64,000 nucleotides of DNA, from NCBI GenBank assembly GCA_041736875.1, contig JBGSSV010000180.1:44851-108850 (forward strand), in the 5' to 3' direction. The first letter of the stretch is position 1, and the number at the start of each line of letters is the position of its first letter. A program made the translations under genes and the position numbers. Positions 35,887 to 44,043 of the stretch are shown here, piece by piece. This DNA is from Chthoniobacterales bacterium. Its GTDB lineage: Bacteria; Verrucomicrobiota; Verrucomicrobiia; Chthoniobacterales; JACTMZ01. Below the pieces are notes generated by a model. It was not told the DNA's origin. It did not search any database and saw nothing but the letters and a program-made list of their open reading frames with translations.

Positions 35887-37041
35887 ATGAAGATAACCGT
35901 TGCCACGGGGCCAACCTTCCCGGTGCCCGCGGTCCGGGGCGGAGCGGTGCAGCGGCTCTGGGAGGGGTTGGCGGAGGAGTTTTCCCGGCGAGGGCATGAG
36001 GTCACGGTCTTCGCCCGGTCTTACCCGGGGCAGCCAGCGGTTGAAGAAATGCGGGGAGTGCGCTTTGTTCGATGGGGAGGATACGAGCAGAGCACCTCGA
36101 TCCGGCGCGATTTGGTCAGGTGCTTATGGTATGCGCTGCGCGCCCTCAGACACCTGCCGAGCGCGGATATTGTGGTTACGAACGATTTCTGGATGCCTGC
36201 TTTGATTCCGCGCTGGCGAAGATCAGCCGGCCGAGTGGTGGTCAATGCCAACCGTTTTCCTAAGGGGCAGTATCGGCTCTACGGCCATTCCTCGGCCTTC
36301 GCTGCCGCATCGAGAATCGTGGCCGAGGCCATCGCAGCGGAAGTGCCTGGCGCAGTGGGGAAGATCTCGGTTGTCCCCAATTGTGTCGATACGGCCTTCC
36401 TCGGGGAGTTGGCTGGTGTCAGGTCGCAGCAGAGCGCTGAGAGACCGCTGCGCATTCTTTTTGTCGGACGGCTTCACCCGGAGAAGGGACTGACCCTGCT
36501 GGCGCGGAGTCTGCGGGAGTTGGCCGGTAATCTGATTGATCGCATCGCATGGGAGTGTGTGGTGGTGGGGCCGGTTTCGGAAGGGCAAGGAGGTGGGGGT
36601 CAAGCCTACGAGGAGGAGGTGAAAATGCTGGCGCGAGGACTCCCGGTTCGCTTTGAGGATCCTGTCTACGATGCGGCGAAACTTGTGCCGATTTACGATG
36701 GCGCAGATATTTTCGTCTATCCCTCGCTGGCCGAGCGGGGGGAGTCGTTCGGTCTTGCTCCCCTTGAAGCCATGGCGCGCGGCGTCGTGCCGATTGTCTC
36801 CGATCTCGCCGTCTTCCGCGACTATCTCGAGCCTGGCTTCAACGGGGTTGTTTTCGATCATCGATCCCCCCGGGCCGATCAGGTGCTTGCCCTAGCCTTG
36901 GCTGACCTGCTCCACCACCCGGAGAAGAGGCAAACGATGGGCCGGGCAGCCAGAACCACAGCGGAAAAGTTTTCCACGCAGGCGGTGGCGGATAAGTATC
37001 TGGAGTTGTTTCACCGGCTGGGTGCCAGCCAGACATCATGA
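35887..37041 (+). CDS. Glycosyltransferase family 4
   Basis: IFVYPSLAERGESFGLAPLEAMARGVVPIVSD. Confidence 0.85.
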   Translation: MKITVATGPTFPVPAVRGGAVQRLWEGLAEEFSRRGHEVTVFARSYPGQPAVEEMRGVRFVRWGGYEQSTSIRRDLVRCLWYALRALRHLPSADIVVTNDFWMPALIPRWRRSAGRVVVNANRFPKGQYRLYGHSSAFAAASRIVAEAIAAEVPGAVGKISVVPNCVDTAFLGELAGVRSQQSAERPLRILFVGRLHPEKGLTLLARSLRELAGNLIDRIAWECVVVGPVSEGQGGGGQAYEEEVKMLARGLPVRFEDPVYDAAKLVPIYDGADIFVYPSLAERGESFGLAPLEAMARGVVPIVSDLAVFRDYLEPGFNGVVFDHRSPRADQVLALALADLLHHPEKRQTMGRAARTTAEKFSTQAVADKYLELFHRLGASQTS

Positions 37042-37568
37042 ATATCGAGCAGAACCGGTCAGACACGAAGTGGACCGCGGGAGAGTTGGCTGGGCGGGCG
37101 CTCTGGGCGCTTTGTCGCCCACTTTTCCGGTGGAGTCCGCGTCTCTGCTGGGGGTGGAGGCGGTTTTTGCTGCGGCTCTTCGGGGCTCGTGTGGCCGACC
37201 ATGTCCACATCCATCCCTCGGCGGTTATTTTTATTCCGTGGAATCTCGAGATTGGGGCGTGGTCATCGGTCGGCTTCGAGGCGCTGCTCTACAACCTCGG
37301 ACCGATGACTATCGGCGAGAAAGTCACCATCTCGCAGCGCGCCCACCTTTGCGGAGGTTCGCACGAGTTCCGCGATGAGTTGATGCCCCTCCTCAAGGAG
37401 CCGGTGCTCGTGGGTGACGAGGCTTGGGTCTGCGCCGATGCCTTTGTCGGTCCGGGTGTCAGCGTGGGGCGTCGCGCCGTCGTCGGCGCTCGTGCCGTGG
37501 TCACGAAAGATGTGGCTCCCGATTCTATCGTGGCGGGCAACCCGGCTCGCGTGATCGGCCAGCGCTGA
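37038..37568 (+). CDS. Hexapeptide-repeat acetyltransferase (WcaF-like)
   Basis: VGDEAWVCADAFVGPGVSVGRRAVVGARAVVTKDVAPDSIVAGNPA. ATGA overlap. Confidence 0.85.
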   Translation: MNIEQNRSDTKWTAGELAGRALWALCRPLFRWSPRLCWGWRRFLLRLFGARVADHVHIHPSAVIFIPWNLEIGAWSSVGFEALLYNLGPMTIGEKVTISQRAHLCGGSHEFRDELMPLLKEPVLVGDEAWVCADAFVGPGVSVGRRAVVGARAVVTKDVAPDSIVAGNPARVIGQR

Positions 37569-37570
37569 AG

Positions 37571-38398
37571 ATGTTCTCGATCCTCATTCTGACCAAAGAC
37601 GAGGAGGTCAACATCCGGGCCTGCCTCGATTCCGTGGCGTGGTGTGAAGATGTCGTGGTCCTTGATTCCGGGAGCACGGACCGGACGCGGGAGATCGCGG
37701 CTGCTGCCGGGGCGCGCGTCCTCACGCGGGACTTCGATGACTTCGGGGCGCAACGCAACCATGCCCTCGAGCACGCCGCGTTTCGTCATCCGTGGGTCTT
37801 CCATCTGGATGCCGACGAGCGATTCAATGCCGAACTCCGCTCCGAGTGCGAAGCGGTCATACTTGCGGATAAGCACAGTGCTTACTTCGTGGCCAACCGC
37901 CTGATCTTTCTCGGCCGCTGGATCAAGCACAGCTCGCAGTTTCCCTATCCGCAGGTGCGGCTGGTCAAAATCGGCGAGGCGCGGTTTGCCCGCTCGGGGC
38001 ACGGGCAGAGGGAGGACGGCCCTCAGCGTGGGACCGGATATCTCAAGGCAACTTACGACCACCTGAACTTCAGCAAGGGCGTGGCTGACTGGGTGGAACG
38101 GCACAACCGTTACTCGACCGATGAAGCCAACGAGGCCGCGGCCCTGGTCGAGGGGCCGGTTCCACTGGGCGACGTCGTCAGCGCGGATTCGCTGGCACGC
38201 AAACGTGCCCTCAAGCGGCTCCACGCCCGCCTTCCTGCGCGGTGGTTGTGGAAATTCATCTATCTGTATTTCGTCCGCGGCGGATTTCTCGATGGCTATC
38301 CGGGATTCGCCTACTGCGTCCTGAACGGATTCTACGATTTCCTCATCAGCGTGAAGATCACGGAGCGTCAGTCGCGCTTCCTTGCCGGCGGTCGCTAA
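37571..38398 (+). CDS. Glycosyltransferase family 2
   Basis: MFSILILTKDEEVNIRACLDSVAWCEDVVVLDSGSTDRT and HLDADERF. Confidence 0.85.
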   Translation: MFSILILTKDEEVNIRACLDSVAWCEDVVVLDSGSTDRTREIAAAAGARVLTRDFDDFGAQRNHALEHAAFRHPWVFHLDADERFNAELRSECEAVILADKHSAYFVANRLIFLGRWIKHSSQFPYPQVRLVKIGEARFARSGHGQREDGPQRGTGYLKATYDHLNFSKGVADWVERHNRYSTDEANEAAALVEGPVPLGDVVSADSLARKRALKRLHARLPARWLWKFIYLYFVRGGFLDGYPGFAYCVLNGFYDFLISVKITERQSRFLAGGR

Positions 38399-39599
38399 GG
38401 CGCAGGAGGAAACAGTGCGGCAACCCACCTACGTTTTTACCAACCGGGTTTATCCGCCAGTGGCGGGCGCAACCGGGCAACTCTTGCGCGATTTAGCCGA
38501 GGGACTGGTCCACAGCGGGGCCCGGGTCATTGTGGTTACAAGCCGAGGCCCGCGGGACCTTGAGCTCCCGGTTCGTGAGACCGTGGCGGGGGTGCAATTG
38601 ATCCGAGTTGGTTCCGCTCCGTTCACCCGAACGTCCCATGCGCGCCGGGCGTTGAGTTACGCCGGTCTCTACCCGCAGTTCGCCTGGCAGGTGCGGCGGC
38701 TCGGCGCGGTCGACGCCGTCGTTTCCATGACCGATCCGCCCCTGCAGGTGGCAGCGGTGTCTTGGGCCACGCCGCACAGCGCGAAAAGAATCCATTGGGC
38801 CCAGGATCTTTATCCAGAACTGGCCGAACAATTGGGCGTGCTGTCCGTCGCCGGATGGACCGCGAAGTTCCTGCGCCGGCTGTCCAGCAACGCATTGAAA
38901 CGGCAGGACGTGGTTGTTTGCGTCGGTCGCTGCATGCAGTCACGGCTGCTGAGTCGAGGGTTGGACTCCGCGCGTTTGCGGGTCATTCCGAATTGGAGTC
39001 CGGTCGAACAGGCCTCGCCTGCGGCCGTGAAGGCGATGCGCCAGAGCCTCGGCTGGGCCAACGAATTTGTCGTGCTCTATTCCGGTAACATGGGGCTCGC
39101 TCACGATTTCGACACCCTGATCGAGGCGGCGCGTCGATTGCGACCTGGCGGTGTTCGGGTGGTTTTCGCCGGCGAGGGGCCGCGCACGGGCCAGGTTCGC
39201 GCCGCCGTGGCATCTCTTCCGCATGTTTCCCTTCTGCCCTCGCGGCCGCCCGAAGATCTGGCCGCCTTCCTTGGTGCGGCCGATGCCCATCTGGTCAGCA
39301 TCGGCGCTGATCTGGCCGGGCTCGTGGTCCCAAGCAAAATTTACGGAATCCTGGCCGCCGGACGCCCCATCCTCCATGTCGGGGCGCCGGAATCTGAAAC
39401 CGCCCAGCTGCTCGAAGAAACCGGAGCCGGCTGGTCATTTCGTTCGGGCGACGCCGAGGGCTTGGCTCAAGCTGTGGAATCCTTGATGGCCGATCCCGCG
39501 CGCCGTGAGCAGGCCCGTTCTCTTGCGCTCAAAGCCGCCGAGGAATTCACTTTTGCCAAGGCCCTTTGCCGGTGGCGCGAAGTATTGCCAGTGCACTAA
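38382..39599 (+). CDS. Glycosyltransferase family 4 (WcaI/WbuB-like)
   Basis: VFTNRVYPPVAGATGQLLRDLAEGLVHSGARVIVVTS and PSKIYGILAAGRPILHVG. The start may be GTG 38415. Confidence 0.8.
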   Translation: MPAVAKAQEETVRQPTYVFTNRVYPPVAGATGQLLRDLAEGLVHSGARVIVVTSRGPRDLELPVRETVAGVQLIRVGSAPFTRTSHARRALSYAGLYPQFAWQVRRLGAVDAVVSMTDPPLQVAAVSWATPHSAKRIHWAQDLYPELAEQLGVLSVAGWTAKFLRRLSSNALKRQDVVVCVGRCMQSRLLSRGLDSARLRVIPNWSPVEQASPAAVKAMRQSLGWANEFVVLYSGNMGLAHDFDTLIEAARRLRPGGVRVVFAGEGPRTGQVRAAVASLPHVSLLPSRPPEDLAAFLGAADAHLVSIGADLAGLVVPSKIYGILAAGRPILHVGAPESETAQLLEETGAGWSFRSGDAEGLAQAVESLMADPARREQARSLALKAAEEFTFAKALCRWREVLPVH

Positions 39600-39869
39600 A
39601 TGAGAATTCTCGTCAGCGGGTGGTGCGAATTTTTCGGCTCGGCTCTTGCGCTCGGTTTGCGCACGGCCGGTCACGAGGTCGGGCGGTTCGACAATTTCTG
39701 CGGAGCGCGGCTGGAGCACAATTTTTGCAGCACGCTGAACATGCCGGACTCGTCCAAGTGCGAGGATGTCTGGGGATGGCGGCCGCGTCGTTCGGCGCAC
39801 GAGATTTGCGCAGAGATTTCCGGCCACGCCCGTGAACATCCGGAGCGGTTGAAAAGCAGCGCGGTCTGA
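39600..39869 (+). pseudogene. In-frame relic of an NAD-dependent epimerase/dehydratase gene (N- and C-terminal ends only)
   Basis: MRILVSGWCEFFGSALALGLRTAGHEV resembles MxILVTGGxGFIGSxL with a spoiled glycine motif. The tail WGWRPRRSAHEI resembles the usual LGWxPxxSxxEG end. The catalytic core of about 230 aa is missing. Confidence 0.55.
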
Positions 39870-41471
39870 ATGAAAACGATCGAGCCAAAAGCTCGCAGTG
39901 GTTGGTGGCAGGAGCCTCTTTGGCTGCTGGTCGCTGGCTATTGGCTCTGGCTCATTTGGGCGTGCGCGGGCGAGTGGACCGGCTCGGAGGATTACAACTA
40001 CGGATGGTTTGTCCCACCGCTCGCGCTTTACTTTCTGTGGAAGCGTTTCGAATTGGAAGGGCCGGGTGGGTTCGGCTCTCCGCCGGCAACGGGTGCCGGG
40101 TGGGGCGCGTGGGTTGTCATTGTTCTTTCCTTTCTGGCCATCTTGCCGATCGAGGTAGTGCGCCAAACCCCCATACACTGGCGCCCGACCCTCTGGGCGA
40201 TTGGGCTGCTCGCCGCGGGGCTCACGCTCGCAGTCGCCTGGGTGACCGGTGGATTCCAGCGCCTGCGGATTTTCTTCTTCCCGGCCATTTTCATGCTGGT
40301 GGCGATTCCCTGGCCGACGTTTGTCGAAAATTCTTTGTCCTTCCCGCTCATGCAGGTGGTGACGGGATGGTCGGTTGGCTTGCTTCACTTGCTGGGCTAT
40401 CCCGCCACGGCGGCGGGCACGACCATCACACTGCCGAATTGCACCGTCGGGGTGGAGCAGGCTTGCAGCGGACTGCGCTCGCTGCAGACCGCACTGATGG
40501 TGGGGCTGGCCGCGGGTGAGCTCACACGTTTGAGCGCTTGGGCGCGTGCGGTCTTGCTGGTCGTGGCCTTTGTCATGGCCATCGCCGGCAATCAGGTGCG
40601 TGTGCTCATTCTCGCGCTTTCCGGCATCAGCGGCGGCAACGCCGCGGTCGAGCAGATCCATGACACGGCGGGCTATGTGGTTCTGGGTATTCTGCTCGCT
40701 GGCGTGGGCCTTGCCGCGGTCGGCCTTACCCTCGCTTCAGGCGAGCCGCCGCGCGACCGGTGGAGATTCGTCGGAGTGGGAGAATCTCCTTCGACGCGGC
40801 TGCCGCAGACGAACCGTTTGGGCTGGGGCCTTCTCGGGCTGGCTTGTTTCGCCATGTTGAGTGCGCACGGATGGTATTGGTTTCGGGGCGCCCTTGCGGC
40901 CAAGCCGGTCAAGCCGATGCTGGCCCCGATCGAGGCCGGTGGTTTTGTCGTTGATGACCAAGTGCCGGCTTCAATCCTCGGCGTGCTCAATCCTGATGAA
41001 TATCACTACATCAGGGAGTCGGTGGGCGGTGTGCCTTCGCGCGTGATCGGCTACCATTTCTACTGGAACCCGCGGCAGGGCAACGCGAACCAGCTCTACC
41101 ATCGGCCCGACCGTTGTATGCCGGGCGCGGGCTGGCGCATCGACGGCCCCGTGAGCCGCGAAACTGTCCGGGTGGCCGGGCGGGACCTGGCCTTCAACAT
41201 CTTCCCCTTCAGTGGCGCCCACGGACCGGCTTTGATGTTGTGGGGCTCGTATCTCAATGGCGAACCGGTCGAGATCGAGTTCAACGCGGATGTCTATCTC
41301 AACACGGCCAACCTCTGGCAATTCATCCGCACCGGCACCCGCCTCTACAGCTACGAGGTGGCGGCGTTCATCATGCCTTACCGCGAAGGCGAGCGACCGT
41401 CGCCCGGCGAGGTTGAGGCTTATGCCAACCGGGTTTTTTCCGCGACGGCTGCGGCAGGGGGCGGCGGATGA
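39870..41471 (+). CDS. Exosortase (EpsH/Xrt family) fused to a C-terminal EpsI-family domain
   Basis: Polytopic N-terminal half with VEQACSGLRSL (catalytic Cys), GNQVRV (Arg) and HDTAGY (His). The C-terminal half has YHRPDRCMPGAGWRI, typical of EpsI. Confidence 0.85.
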   Translation: MKTIEPKARSGWWQEPLWLLVAGYWLWLIWACAGEWTGSEDYNYGWFVPPLALYFLWKRFELEGPGGFGSPPATGAGWGAWVVIVLSFLAILPIEVVRQTPIHWRPTLWAIGLLAAGLTLAVAWVTGGFQRLRIFFFPAIFMLVAIPWPTFVENSLSFPLMQVVTGWSVGLLHLLGYPATAAGTTITLPNCTVGVEQACSGLRSLQTALMVGLAAGELTRLSAWARAVLLVVAFVMAIAGNQVRVLILALSGISGGNAAVEQIHDTAGYVVLGILLAGVGLAAVGLTLASGEPPRDRWRFVGVGESPSTRLPQTNRLGWGLLGLACFAMLSAHGWYWFRGALAAKPVKPMLAPIEAGGFVVDDQVPASILGVLNPDEYHYIRESVGGVPSRVIGYHFYWNPRQGNANQLYHRPDRCMPGAGWRIDGPVSRETVRVAGRDLAFNIFPFSGAHGPALMLWGSYLNGEPVEIEFNADVYLNTANLWQFIRTGTRLYSYEVAAFIMPYREGERPSPGEVEAYANRVFSATAAAGGGG

Positions 41472-42091
41472 GCCAGGCCGTGAAGCTGCGTGTGGCTCGG
41501 CTTGATGAGGCGGACGCATGGTGCCATCTGTTGAGCGGGGCCGAGGCGCGGCGTGCGGAGGAACTTAAAAACGAGGCGGTGCGGAGGCGCTTCATCCTTT
41601 CCCGGAGTCTGCGTCGAGATCTCCTTTCCGCCTGCACGGGCCTCCTTCCATCGGTGCTTCATTTCATCGAAGACGGGGAGGGCAAACCGCGTTTGGTCGA
41701 TCCGCATGGATGGGACTTCAATGTCTCCCACGCCGGCGATTATGTCGTGGTGGTGGCAGGGCAGGACGCCGTCGGGATCGATCTGGAAATGATCCGCGAG
41801 GTGCGGGAGATGACGGCTATCGTGGAGCGCTATTTCCATCCGGACGAAGCGGCCGCGTGGAGGACCCTGGAAGAGGCCTGCCGCGAGGAAGCCTTCTTCG
41901 TCCTCTGGTCCGCGCGCGAAGCGGCGATGAAATGCGCCGGGCTCGGCCTGGCCAAGGCCATGGAAATCACGAGGGTTGATCCGGCTATCATCAGCGGCCG
42001 CACAGCAGGGGCGACGGTGGGGCCACGGACTGTGGGGCTGCAACGCCTCGAAGCTCCGACGGGATACGTGATGGTGTTGGCGGCCGGTTAG
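41468..42091 (+). CDS. 4'-phosphopantetheinyl transferase, Sfp type
   Basis: FNVSHAGDYVVVV, AVGIDLE and FFVLWSAREAAMKCAG (W/F-x-x-KE-A-x-x-K). ATGA overlap with the exosortase stop. Confidence 0.8.
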   Translation: MSQAVKLRVARLDEADAWCHLLSGAEARRAEELKNEAVRRRFILSRSLRRDLLSACTGLLPSVLHFIEDGEGKPRLVDPHGWDFNVSHAGDYVVVVAGQDAVGIDLEMIREVREMTAIVERYFHPDEAAAWRTLEEACREEAFFVLWSAREAAMKCAGLGLAKAMEITRVDPAIISGRTAGATVGPRTVGLQRLEAPTGYVMVLAAG

Positions 42092-42214
42092 CTTCGCGGC
42101 CGCAAATTCCAACTGGCGGAGGTGCGATAATATGCTCGCACGACCGAAAACGGAGCTTTGGCCTGTTTCCGGTCGTGACGCGAGCGGAATTGATCGAGGG
42201 TTGGTCGGATCGAA

Positions 42215-43156
42215 ATGTGGACTATAGTTGCGCCCATGCGTGAATTTTTGGCCGAGTTCAAAGCCGAAGCCCAGCGGGCGTTGGTCGACAGGGGCCGCGA
42301 GTTGGAGCTGGCACTTTGCTGCTTTGTTGCCGGGGGCAACCTGCTCATCGAGGACACACCGGGCGTGGGCAAGACCACGCTGGTCAAGGCGGTCGCGCGG
42401 ATCCTCGGACTCGATTTCAAGCGGGTCCAATTCACCAACGATCTGCTGCCGGCCGACATCCTCGGTGGCCAGGTCTTCGATGCCGGAACGCGGACCCTTA
42501 TTTTCCACCGGGGACCGATCTTCGCGCAACTCGTGCTGGGCGATGAACTCAACCGCGCGTCGCCCCGCACGCAGAGCGCGGTGCTCCAGGCCATGGATGA
42601 GCACGAGGTGACAATCGAAGGCCAGACCTATCCGCTCCCCGAGCCCTTCCTTTTCGTCGGCACGCAGAATCCCCGGGATCATGCCGGGACGGCATCGTTA
42701 CCCGAGTCGCAGGTGGACCGCTTTCTCATGCGGATCGAAATGGGCATCCCGGGGCGGGCCACCCAGCAGAAGCTGCTCGGGCGTGATGCGGGGGGCAGGT
42801 TCGATTTTTCCTCGCTGCGCGTGCTCGCTGCGCCCGCCCAGCTCGCGGCCTGGCAGGCCGAGTGCGGCAAGGTGCATGTGGCTGCGGCGGTGGAGGAATA
42901 CATGCTGGATTTGTTCGAGGCGGCACACAGTCGGGGCTGGATGCTTTCGCCCCGTGCCGGGCTCGGCTTGCAGCGGGCGGCGCGCGCGCTGGCCTTTCTC
43001 CGCGGCCGGGAGCATGTGTTGCCCGATGATGTGCAGGAGGTTTTCCTCCCCGTCGTGGCCCACCGGCTGGCCCAGTTCTCCGGCGGAGCCGACGCTAGCG
43101 ACACCGAGGTGGTTATGGGACAGCAGCTCCTCGAGGCGACCGCCGTGCGGCGATGA
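42215..43156 (+). CDS. MoxR-family AAA+ ATPase
   Basis: EDTPGVGKTTLVKAVARILGLDFKRVQFTNDLLPADILG and LGDELNRASPRTQSAVLQAMDE. The start may be ATG 42236. Confidence 0.9.
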   Translation: MWTIVAPMREFLAEFKAEAQRALVDRGRELELALCCFVAGGNLLIEDTPGVGKTTLVKAVARILGLDFKRVQFTNDLLPADILGGQVFDAGTRTLIFHRGPIFAQLVLGDELNRASPRTQSAVLQAMDEHEVTIEGQTYPLPEPFLFVGTQNPRDHAGTASLPESQVDRFLMRIEMGIPGRATQQKLLGRDAGGRFDFSSLRVLAAPAQLAAWQAECGKVHVAAAVEEYMLDLFEAAHSRGWMLSPRAGLGLQRAARALAFLRGREHVLPDDVQEVFLPVVAHRLAQFSGGADASDTEVVMGQQLLEATAVRR

Positions 43157-44043
43157 AATCGCGGGATCGGATCTACCTCATTCCCACCGTGCCGGGGTTC
43201 GTCTTCGCGCTGGTCGTTTTTCTCATCTTCGCGGCGGGGTATTTTCTCGAGGGCTTCGGCGGTGCTCCACAGATTCTGGTCATCTCGCTCCTCGTCGCGG
43301 GGATTCTGACGATGATAGAAACCAACGACAATCTGCGGGGCGTGGCTGTCACGTCCTGTCGCGCGCAGCCGGTTCCGGCCGGGCAGGATGTCGTTCTTCA
43401 AGTGGCGCTGACCAATGTCTCGAATCGCGAACGGCTCGGTCTCAAGGTCCGTATCCGCAACGGCTGGGCGTGGAGAGTTGTTGGTTCCCTTGAGGTGCTG
43501 CGGGCGGGGGAGACAGTTGGCCTCCTGGTTCGCCTCCCGACCGCGCGGCGCGGCGCCTATGATGTTCCGACGCTCCTCGTCACCAGTTCGCTGCCCGCGG
43601 GCATATGCTTTGCTTGGAAAAGTTTTCCTGCGGCCGGGCGTTACCACGTCTATCCACGCGGCCGATCATGGAGAAAGAATCCTCCCGGCGACGGCGGCAT
43701 GGACGGCCGTGGAAACGGTGGTCAGGAGGACGTGAGCGGCCATCGTGCCTATGCGCCCGGCGACCCGCTCAATCGCATGGACTGGCGGGTTTTCGCCCGA
43801 CGCGGCGGCTTGGTGGTCAAAACGTCCGACGGCGGGGGCGGGGGAGGGCGATTGGCGTTCGGTTGGGATGACACGCATTTCCTCTCCAGCGCGGAGGACC
43901 GGCTGGAGCAGTTGAGCTATTGGGTGTCCGACTGTAGGCGGAAACACCGGGCCTTCGCCCTGAGTCTCGGGGGCGTGACTTTCACCGAGCGCAACCTCAT
44001 CGGTTGCCGCACGGCTTTGGCTTTGTTCCCCGGTCGGCCATGA
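43153..44043 (+). CDS. DUF58 domain protein (degenerate vWA-like partner of MoxR)
   Basis: HRAYAPGDPLNRMDWRVFARRGGLVVKT. N-terminal TM hairpin. ATGA overlap. Confidence 0.8.
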   Translation: MKSRDRIYLIPTVPGFVFALVVFLIFAAGYFLEGFGGAPQILVISLLVAGILTMIETNDNLRGVAVTSCRAQPVPAGQDVVLQVALTNVSNRERLGLKVRIRNGWAWRVVGSLEVLRAGETVGLLVRLPTARRGAYDVPTLLVTSSLPAGICFAWKSFPAAGRYHVYPRGRSWRKNPPGDGGMDGRGNGGQEDVSGHRAYAPGDPLNRMDWRVFARRGGLVVKTSDGGGGGGRLAFGWDDTHFLSSAEDRLEQLSYWVSDCRRKHRAFALSLGGVTFTERNLIGCRTALALFPGRP

